Positions 56,979 through 64,000 of a DNA stretch of 64,000 nt are shown one piece after another (within the stretch, counting starts at the first letter, position 1; each line of letters opens with the position of its first letter). The stretch is from IMG/VR virus record IMGVR_UViG_3300024252_000004, positions 186,001 through 250,000 of that record, one strand, 5' to 3'. The position numbers were made by a program, and so were the translations under genes. The notes beneath the pieces were generated by a model. That model ran no database searches and was not told the origin of the DNA. It saw only the letters and a program-made list of their open reading frames with translations.

Positions 56979-58166
56979 ATGGATGTTAAGCTGCCGGAAA
57001 ATCATTCTGAATTTGATATCAGAAAGCATTCCATCATCGTTGGGCTTGGAGGTTCCAAGTCATATGGGACAAACCATCCTCTTAGTGATACTGATTGGAA
57101 GGGTGTGCTCGTAGCGCCTCGCCGTTACAATATGACGGATCTGTATAACTTCGATCAAACTACTTGGAAGTCTGAGGAGAAATCTGGCAGGCTCTCTGAG
57201 CAGGCAGGTCTTGAGGAAGCAGACGAAGAGGGTGTTATCTATGGTTTCAATAAATTCGTTAAGCTATGCGCTGCGTGCAATCCGAACGTAATCGAACTTC
57301 TCTTTCTTCGAGAAGAAGATTACGCTATCGTAACTGACGAAGGCAGATACCTTATCGAGAACAGGGATCTGTTCCTTTCTCAGAGAGCACTGTATACCTT
57401 CACGGGTTACGCTATGTCTCAGCTTAAGAGGATTCGCACTCACAAGAGTTGGATCGATAACCCACCCACACATAAGCCTACTCGGGAAGAGTTTGGTCTG
57501 CCAGAGCACAGGGCATTGCCAAACGATCAGTTGCAGGCTGCTCGAAAGCTTGTTACTCGTCACCTATCGTCGCTTGCTCCGTGGCTTCTTGATGCAAACA
57601 ATGAACACAAGGAAGTCTTTTACGAAGGGCTCTACAACATTGTGGGTCTGCTTGCCGAAGAGTCGGGAGTATCTCTACCAGAGTGCGATAGTTGGCTTGA
57701 GATTGAAGAGGTAGCTGAGAACTGTGCTGCTAAGACTCTTGGTTTCGACTCTAATTTTATGGATTATCTCCGTAGAGAAAAGGTATACGGTCAGAGGCGG
57801 CAGCAGTACAAGCAGTATACTTCTTGGCTTAAGAACAGAAATCCTGCAAGGGCAGAGATCGAGTCTCGATACGGCTACGATTGTAAACATGCGATGCACC
57901 TTGTCAGACTTCTTAGGATGGGAGAAGAGATTCTTCTTACGGGAAACATGAATGTGTACCGCCCTGACAGGAAGGAGCTTCTTGAGATCCGCAATGGTTC
58001 TTGGAAATATGATTACCTTGTCGAGTGGGGCGATGCCAAGGTCGAAGCCCTCAATCAGATGGTAAGAGAAGGCGCGGCTGTTGTGCCAAAGACTCCGAAG
58101 CTGGCTGAGATTGCAGAAGTCTCAATGGAAGTTAAGGAAAGGTTCCTCGCGAGAGTTGGAGAATAA
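56979..58166 (+). CDS. Pol-beta superfamily nucleotidyltransferase (YcgL/RlaP type)
   Basis: GGSKSYG...SDTDWKGV, CNPNVIELL, YDCKHAMHLVRLL. Confidence 0.85.
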   Translation: MDVKLPENHSEFDIRKHSIIVGLGGSKSYGTNHPLSDTDWKGVLVAPRRYNMTDLYNFDQTTWKSEEKSGRLSEQAGLEEADEEGVIYGFNKFVKLCAACNPNVIELLFLREEDYAIVTDEGRYLIENRDLFLSQRALYTFTGYAMSQLKRIRTHKSWIDNPPTHKPTREEFGLPEHRALPNDQLQAARKLVTRHLSSLAPWLLDANNEHKEVFYEGLYNIVGLLAEESGVSLPECDSWLEIEEVAENCAAKTLGFDSNFMDYLRREKVYGQRRQQYKQYTSWLKNRNPARAEIESRYGYDCKHAMHLVRLLRMGEEILLTGNMNVYRPDRKELLEIRNGSWKYDYLVEWGDAKVEALNQMVREGAAVVPKTPKLAEIAEVSMEVKERFLARVGE

Positions 58167-58169
58167 AGT

Positions 58170-58661
58170 ATGACTACGGCAATCTATGCAGGATCATTTG
58201 ATCCGTTTACCTTTGGCCACCTATCAATCGTTACTGCTGCGGCAAGAATGTTTGACGAAGTGCTGGTACTTGTAGCAGATAATCCTGAGAAGGAATGTCT
58301 GTTCTCTCCAGACGAAAGAAAGGACCTAATCCATACCGTAATTAGGGATGGATTTAAAGGGCTTGGCACCAACGTTAGGGCGGTGAAGTACAGCGGATAC
58401 ATTGTTGATTTTGCTAATGTAGTTGGTGCCGAAGTCTTAGTGAGAGGCATTCGTGATGCAAGTGATGTTGTGTACGAAATGAATGTTGCCGAGATCAATT
58501 CAGCTTTTGCGCCAGGTATTCAAACAGTTTTCCTTCCTGCTAATCGCTCCTTGTCAGAGGTTAGTTCGAGCGAGGTAAAGCGTAGGTTTGCCGCAGGAGA
58601 AAGTATTAACTATTACTGCCCTCCACAAATCGTTAGAGCAATGAAAGTAAAGGCAGAGTAA
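58170..58661 (+). CDS. coaD: phosphopantetheine adenylyltransferase
   Basis: AIYAGSFDPFTFGH, VRGIR..SD..YE, VSSSEVK. Confidence 0.92.
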   Translation: MTTAIYAGSFDPFTFGHLSIVTAAARMFDEVLVLVADNPEKECLFSPDERKDLIHTVIRDGFKGLGTNVRAVKYSGYIVDFANVVGAEVLVRGIRDASDVVYEMNVAEINSAFAPGIQTVFLPANRSLSEVSSSEVKRRFAAGESINYYCPPQIVRAMKVKAE

Positions 58662-59263
58662 TGTATGTAGTTGGCGTAACCGGAGGCATTGGTTCTGGAA
58701 AATCTACTGTATGTAGAGTATTGGCTGAGCGATTTCAGATCCCTTTCATCTATGTTGATAAGATTTCGAGAGAGATCGTGCAGCCGGGGATGCCTCTTAA
58801 CGTTGAGATCCGTGAAGTGTTCGGGGATGAAGCCATGCTTTCCGATGGAAACATCAACAGAGCATACTTTAGAGCTATGATTATCGCGGACCCAGAGCAG
58901 AAGGCACTTGTTGATAAGACTTTCTATCCTCACATGAAGAATGAGATCGATAGGAAGCTTGCAAATCTAAAGGAGAACGGCTTCTTGGTTGTCGGTATTG
59001 AGAATGCTATGATGATTGAGTTCGGAGCAACGTCTTACGTCAACAAGGTTGTGGTTGTTGCTTGTTCTGAGGAGTCTCAGCTTCGCAGAGTGATGGAGCG
59101 AGATAATCAAACTGAGGAGTCGGCAAGGGGAATGATGAAATTGCAGATGCCTCTTGAGGAAAAGAGGAAACATGCAGACCTTGTCATCACAAACGATGGC
59201 ACGCTTGCAGAGCTACGCGATCAAATCAATTCTCTTTATGAAAGTCTCCCGAGAATCAAATGA
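58661..59263 (+). CDS. coaE: dephospho-CoA kinase
   Basis: VGVTGGIGSGKST, FG...DGNINR, QMPLEEKRKHAD. Confidence 0.92.
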   Translation: MYVVGVTGGIGSGKSTVCRVLAERFQIPFIYVDKISREIVQPGMPLNVEIREVFGDEAMLSDGNINRAYFRAMIIADPEQKALVDKTFYPHMKNEIDRKLANLKENGFLVVGIENAMMIEFGATSYVNKVVVVACSEESQLRRVMERDNQTEESARGMMKLQMPLEEKRKHADLVITNDGTLAELRDQINSLYESLPRIK

Positions 59264-59655
59264 ATGTATTTCAAGAGTACACTAAGTGTTCGTGGTACAT
59301 TGTTAAGCATCCTCAGCTAAATGCTACAACCAATCTATTTGGTGGGCAGCTATTGGCATGGCTTGATGAGGCTACAGCTATCTATGCTTCAACTTACATG
59401 GCAGAGAATAGAGTTGTTACTGCAAGATTGAATGGCCTTGACTTTCAGATTCCAACAGAGCTTGGAATGGTTGTTACGATTTGGGCCAAAGTAATCAAAG
59501 AGGGTAATTCTTCATTGACGCTTGAGGCTGTCGCAACGAAGCGTCGCATGGGTGATCAGGAAGAGATAGAGGTAGCGAAGACGACCCTGGTATTCGTCGC
59601 TATTGATGACGAGGATAACTCTAAGGTATGGAAGCCCGAGAGATTTACTAATTAG
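59260..59655 (+). CDS. acyl-CoA thioesterase (HotDog fold)
   Basis: LNATTNLFGGQLLAWLDE, GNSS, FVAID. Confidence 0.88.
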   Translation: MNVFQEYTKCSWYIVKHPQLNATTNLFGGQLLAWLDEATAIYASTYMAENRVVTARLNGLDFQIPTELGMVVTIWAKVIKEGNSSLTLEAVATKRRMGDQEEIEVAKTTLVFVAIDDEDNSKVWKPERFTN

Positions 59656-59682
59656 TTTATATCATGTGACGAGGAATCGCAC

Positions 59683-60480
59683 ATGAAAATTTTCATTCTT
59701 GCACATCAACTATATAGACTTGGATTCGTAAAGGAATCTCAGAAAGCAATGGGTTTAGGTAACGTATTGCAGACCTGGGATTTTGATAAAGATCAGTCTA
59801 CTGATCAGGAAATGTATGATAGCGACGACTCTGCGACATACGAAGAGGATAGCCGCACGATTAATGACACTCAGATCAGTAACCAGATGGGTCTTCAGAA
59901 TTCTCCAAGAGAAACCCAGCAAGCAAGCTCCGAAGTATTATGGCAGAGCGCCCCTCTGCCGAGAGATCACGCAATCATCAAGAGACTGACAGATTACTTC
60001 GCTAAAATTTGGCCTGCCATTAAGTCTGAGCCGGGGGCAACAATCTCTGCTTCCGATGCTACAAAGGCAGCCAAGGTATTTAAGTATTTCGATCAGAGCT
60101 TCAAAGATAAAATGGACAGGCCGGGCCGGATTGCGCAAAGCGGTATGGCTATTCAGCCTGCACAGGCAATGGAGATTGTATCTCTTGCTACTCAAGAGTT
60201 CCTACTTTCCGTATCTGATGCAGATTATCAGTATCAGTACCTAAAAGAATTGCAAGATTGGGGACACGGAATCTATCAGGAATATGCAGACTACTATTAC
60301 GATAGGGTAGACCCTTCTGGTAGAGAGCAGTGGATGGCCGACGCAGTCAAGAGAGTAGATGAAGCTCCAGAGATAACAGATAATGAATTCACTGATCTGA
60401 AGAGGAGATTTAATGAGGGACAAAGACGATGGGAAGAGTCCCAGGGAAGAACTTGGGGTGACCAAGAAGACGTGGACTAG
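59683..60480 (+). CDS. hypothetical protein with N-terminal LA..L..LG..KE helix
   Basis: GAGG RBS; motif shared with 12701, 37347 and the ChaB-like protein. Confidence 0.7.
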   Translation: MKIFILAHQLYRLGFVKESQKAMGLGNVLQTWDFDKDQSTDQEMYDSDDSATYEEDSRTINDTQISNQMGLQNSPRETQQASSEVLWQSAPLPRDHAIIKRLTDYFAKIWPAIKSEPGATISASDATKAAKVFKYFDQSFKDKMDRPGRIAQSGMAIQPAQAMEIVSLATQEFLLSVSDADYQYQYLKELQDWGHGIYQEYADYYYDRVDPSGREQWMADAVKRVDEAPEITDNEFTDLKRRFNEGQRRWEESQGRTWGDQEDVD

Positions 60481-60499
60481 AGTAATCTTTGAGGGACAC

Positions 60500-60856
60500 A
60501 TGAAGATTCATTGGGTTCCCGAAGAGTTTCTTGGAAATCTTATTGCAGATATAAATCACAGATATGATGTCTGCCCTTCCCTCATTGAGCAAAAGGATGT
60601 TTTAATTCTTGATCCTGGCGGCATGATGATGCTGCACAGTAAGCCTATCGAATTTGAAGTTGACGGCTATCGTTTTGATCTGCGACCAGAATGGCATTCT
60701 CGCATTGAGTATAGGTGGAGCAGGGGGAAGGAGCGAGTAGGGTTGATGAAGGTATATATGAATAGTAATTGCTACCTCCTACCCGAAGACCTTTACGAGA
60801 AGGTTTCTGATAAGCTAAAGGAGCTTGAACCTATAGCTGAGAGGCTTTTAAGGTAA
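60500..60856 (+). CDS. hypothetical protein
   Basis: GAGG RBS before ATG 60500. Confidence 0.6.
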   Translation: MKIHWVPEEFLGNLIADINHRYDVCPSLIEQKDVLILDPGGMMMLHSKPIEFEVDGYRFDLRPEWHSRIEYRWSRGKERVGLMKVYMNSNCYLLPEDLYEKVSDKLKELEPIAERLLR

Positions 60857-60872
60857 GCTTCTGTGCGAGCCG

Positions 60873-61397
60873 CTACTTATTAGCAATGACAGTTAGGTTT
60901 TTCGGTTTAGATTTTACCTTCTTAACGCTTTTGAATCCATTTTCCAAAAGTATATCTTTTAGAAGCTCGAAATCATAACCTGATTTATGAACATCCCAAA
61001 CTAATCCTTTTTCCGATTCCTTTTGATGTCCCCAAAATCCAAAACGAGCCACAGCTTCGTAGCTAAATTGACGACGCATTTTAGTTTTTCTATTGGGATC
61101 TAAGAATTGCTCTATGTGAAGTCTTAAATTTGGAACAATAATTTCGCAGACGCCATCATTTTTCAAAATAGTGTGCCAAGCTTTAATGGTTCTATTTGCA
61201 TCATAAAATGTGAGATGTTCTAAAAAGTGTCTGCTAAAAATAGCATCAACTGATTCTGGCTCCACATGCTCTGTGATCTCCCAGGCATTGCAAACGTATT
61301 TTACGTTTGGGAAGGAACGAATGTCAACACCATCATATTCTTCCCTTCTTGGTCTATCACCACAACCAAATTCTAAGCCGATAATTTTGTTTTTCAT
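60873..61397 (-). CDS. class I SAM-dependent methyltransferase
   Basis: LEFGCG, GVDI, SRHFLEHL, LKNDG...IIVPN; AT-rich. Confidence 0.8.
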   Translation of the reverse strand: MKNKIIGLEFGCGDRPRREEYDGVDIRSFPNVKYVCNAWEITEHVEPESVDAIFSRHFLEHLTFYDANRTIKAWHTILKNDGVCEIIVPNLRLHIEQFLDPNRKTKMRRQFSYEAVARFGFWGHQKESEKGLVWDVHKSGYDFELLKDILLENGFKSVKKVKSKPKNLTVIANK

Positions 61398-61457
61398 AGG
61401 AACTCCATATAGTAAATAGAAATATTACCACTAAGTAATGAGTGTGTTGAAAAAAAG

Positions 61458-61485
61458 TTTGCTAAATTTCTCACAGGATGGTATA
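61458..61485 (+). promoter_or_regulatory. phage promoter motif upstream of tRNA-Gly
   Basis: TTTGCTAAATTTCTCACAGGATGGTATA. Confidence 0.75.
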
Positions 61486-61513
61486 AAGGGAACGTGGCGA
61501 GAGCCATTTTTAT

Positions 61514-61589
61514 GCGGGTATAGCTCAGTTGGTAGAGCGTCAGCCTTCCAAGCTGAATGTCGTGGGTTCGAACCCCATTGCCCGCTCCA
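61514..61589 (+). tRNA. tRNA-Gly(TCC)
   Basis: canonical cloverleaf, TCAGC-CTTCCAA-GCTGA, CCA. Confidence 0.96.
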
Positions 61590-61616
61590 TAAGCGTAGAT
61601 AAAAGAGGTGAACTAA

Positions 61617-61829
61617 GTGGACAAAGTCGTAGGTTACACGAGGTATAAGTTGGACACTGATACGGGTGCTCTTGAAGCTGTTGGTCCAAGGCTAAAAACC
61701 TGTACGGCTTTCAAGGAAAGGGAGGATATCGTAATTATTCTTCCAGCAAGTGGCCCTCTTCATATGGGGCGCGAAATTCAAATCCCTATTGAGATTCTGA
61801 AAGAGTTTCTCGCAGAGAATGGTGATTGA
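61617..61829 (+). CDS. hypothetical protein
   Basis: GAGGTG RBS. Confidence 0.55.
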   Translation: MDKVVGYTRYKLDTDTGALEAVGPRLKTCTAFKEREDIVIILPASGPLHMGREIQIPIEILKEFLAENGD

Positions 61830-62479
61830 AAATGGAATACCCACTCGAATATCTTAGGCACAAAGAGAGGATGAGAGCTTGGCTGCTTGGTAGTCAATAC
61901 TACGATGCAATTAAAGCGATGGCTTTTGCCGGTAAGTATCATGTGGGGATGAGAAAGGATGGGTTGACTCCAGAGTTTCACCATCAGATTTCTATCGCAC
62001 ATTACGTTAGGACACTTCCTAATCTGATCAATCCAGAACATGCATTGGTGACATCATTCCTGCATGACTTGGTGGAAGATTACGATGTGCCAGCGGATAC
62101 AGTTCGTAATCAGTTTGGTGAAGTAGTTTGCACCGCAGTTCTTCTTATGTCTAAGAAGTACATGGGGCACACGAAACCGACTGAAGAATACTATCTTGCA
62201 ATGAGAGACAATTCGGTTGCCTCCATTTGTAAGGGAGCGGATAGGATTCACAATTTCCAGACGATGCCCTCTGTATTCTCATGCGAGAAGCAGCTAAGGT
62301 ACATCGCGGAGTGTGAGCAACACATCCTTCCGATGCTTGCAGAAGCGAGAAATATATATCCTGTTCAGGAGTTGGCTTACGAAAACATTAAGCACGCGCT
62401 GAAGGGACAGATTGAGTTGATAAAGCTTGTGATTGCAGCAAGGCAGTCACCGGCAGAGGCAGATGTCATAAAGGCATAA
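61826..62479 (+). CDS. HD-domain hydrolase, RelA/SpoT (Mesh1-like) family
   Basis: H.G.RKDG.TP...H, LHDLVED, KGADRIHN. Confidence 0.85.
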   Translation: MKMEYPLEYLRHKERMRAWLLGSQYYDAIKAMAFAGKYHVGMRKDGLTPEFHHQISIAHYVRTLPNLINPEHALVTSFLHDLVEDYDVPADTVRNQFGEVVCTAVLLMSKKYMGHTKPTEEYYLAMRDNSVASICKGADRIHNFQTMPSVFSCEKQLRYIAECEQHILPMLAEARNIYPVQELAYENIKHALKGQIELIKLVIAARQSPAEADVIKA

Positions 62480-62493
62480 TAAAAGGAGAAGTC

Positions 62494-63109
62494 ATGAGCA
62501 AGTTTAGTTTGCCAGCGGGTGTCAGAGGATACTCCGCTAATGATAGTCTCCAGCGGAGGTTGGTTCATCAGTGAACTGACTTCTTGGCTGGAAGCTTGGG
62601 GTTATAGATTCATTGAGGTGCCATCACTGGTCCCGCTTGAAACATTCAAAACCTGTACTGAAGGTACAGAAAACCGAATGTTTGAGCTTGACGAAAGTAC
62701 GGTGCTGATTCCAGAGGTTACGAATTATGTTCGTGCTATGGGGTCGGCTAAGCTTGGTTGTTCTAAGGTCTATTACGTTGCCAGATGTTTCAGAAATGAA
62801 ACAAGCACAGGCAAGGAGAGACTAAAAGAATTTACTCAGGTTGGTGTAGAACTTCTTGGAGATAATTCTCTCGATTGCCGCAAGGTAGTCAGAAGGGATG
62901 CCATAAGACTCTTCAAGAAGGTGCTGCCATCGGAAGCATGGACGTTAGAGGATGATGTTGAAAGAGGTTTGAACCTGTACGATGATACGGGGAAGACCTT
63001 TGAGGTGACATCTACTAAGTTAAAGAAACAATTGCTTGGCGGCGGACCATATGACGGTGGCGCAGGTTGGGCGTTAGGTTTGGAGAGGTTAATCCTTGCA
63101 AAAGAATAA
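62494..63109 (+). CDS. HisRS/HisZ-like class II aaRS catalytic core with a +1 frameshift near 62555-62571
   Basis: AAGGAG-ATG MSKFSLPAGVRG (frame 0), then GYRFIEVP, CFRNE, KEFTQVGVE, GGGPY..GWALGLERL (+1 frame). Confidence 0.75.
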
Positions 63110-63346
63110 TGTATTGGTGAACAAGAAGACTGGAGAAGTTCTTTATCGTAGGACAAAGGATGATAGTTCTTGCAGTCCTACGACCGCTGCTGCCATTACT
63201 CCTGTTAGTTCTGGCTCTCAGACTTTGCTGCCTCACCTTGAGTCTGACGATGGTTATTGTCCAATGTGTGACTGGGAGTTTGGTCCCTATGGGAATTGGT
63301 GTAATAATTCAAGTTGCCTTTCCTTTGGACTTTAATAGGAGTCATT

Positions 63347-63565
63347 ATGAATCTGTCTGATATGGTTATGTCTTGGGCAAGAAGCCCGAAGTTGGTTGGC
63401 ATTTTGACGAAGCCTGTAGTCGTAACTGACGAAGGAACTTTTGAGAAAGGAACCAAGAGCGACTTGCTGGTCTTGAAGGATGATGGAACTTATCACTTCG
63501 AAGTAGGTGATTGTGCATTCTCAGTTGCTAAGGATGAGATAGAAGTTTACGAAAGGAAGAATTGA
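63347..63565 (+). CDS. hypothetical protein
   Basis: AGGAG RBS. Confidence 0.55.
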   Translation: MNLSDMVMSWARSPKLVGILTKPVVVTDEGTFEKGTKSDLLVLKDDGTYHFEVGDCAFSVAKDEIEVYERKN

Positions 63566-63566
63566 A

Positions 63567-64000
63567 ATGAAACTTGAGCTTGCTTACAATATCGCCAACG
63601 GTGGCGATGGTTCCGCATCTATTGACTGGTATGAGAGCAGCGAACTTGCTGACTGGTACAATGACTACTCCCAAGGGAGAGGCGACGAAAGATATATGTG
63701 GGGTGAGCCGTGTAACGGCACTATCTCCATTACCTCAGACAGTCCTATGGAAGCCAATATCAGTGTCATTACTGCTGTAAATCTCTATGGTAAAATGGTC
63801 TCTGACAAATACGATCAGGACCTTGAAGCTGCGGCATATCTCCTTGAGAATTTCCTTGGTGGAGAGAAACCTGTCTTCACCGTGAAGTCTACCTCTTTTG
63901 TATATAGTAACAAGAGACGTTTCGGTATGGAAATTTTAATTGGAGATGAGAAGGTTCATGCAAAGTATGGAATAAGCAGTGAACCTACTGAGGCTGATCT
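63567..64000 (+). CDS. hypothetical protein, truncated by the window end
   Basis: ATG 63567, MKLELAYNIANGGDGSA... Confidence 0.55.
   Translation, partial: MKLELAYNIANGGDGSASIDWYESSELADWYNDYSQGRGDERYMWGEPCNGTISITSDSPMEANISVITAVNLYGKMVSDKYDQDLEAAAYLLENFLGGEKPVFTVKSTSFVYSNKRRFGMEILIGDEKVHAKYGISSEPTEAD

Noticed and set aside
1-64000. CRISPR array
   Set aside because: No regularly spaced direct repeats; the recurring motifs are dispersed promoters or RNA modules.
1-64000. Alternative genetic code (TGA or TAG recoding)
   Set aside because: Many clear genes end in TGA or TAG flush with the next start; only isolated internal stops (33551, 45557) occur.

Overview
This window is part of a large (jumbo-type) bacteriophage genome. 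It has dense, mostly + strand short ORFs, standard genetic code, no recognisable head/tail or core replication genes, and 14 copies of a fixed-length phage promoter (TTTTCTA-N15-GTTATA). The recognisable genes are accessory: tRNA/RNA metabolism and repair (CCA-adding enzyme, TilS, deaminase, NUDT16-like Nudix, two 2H phosphoesterases, PNK-like kinase, Pol-beta nucleotidyltransferase, HisRS-like protein), cofactor genes (CoaD, CoaE, NadD-like), phosphatases, a kinase, a DNA ligase, an amidase, three HNH endonucleases, four ordinary tRNAs, and a tRNA(CAU) split by a group I intron. Four things stand out. (1) A cluster of tRNA-chimeric RNAs (25.0-29.2 kb) in which one conserved module (stem, CCUC internal loop, stem, YACAAGCA) is grafted onto three different positions of a tRNA scaffold, flanking a 626-aa helical+vWA protein that may be Ro60/TROVE-like. 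(2) An apparently complete phage-encoded ubiquitin-like conjugation set (E2-like, JAB, Ubl ending FG-V, E1) in one transcription unit directly downstream. (3) A second, divergent Ubl/E1 cassette at 51-55.5 kb, one of whose genes has a paralog beside a classical AAA+ ATPase. (4) A 14-nt stop-containing hairpin insertion in a phosphoesterase gene with matched His take-off/landing codons, resembling programmed ribosomal bypassing. All family assignments come from motif recognition by eye; no database searches were run.
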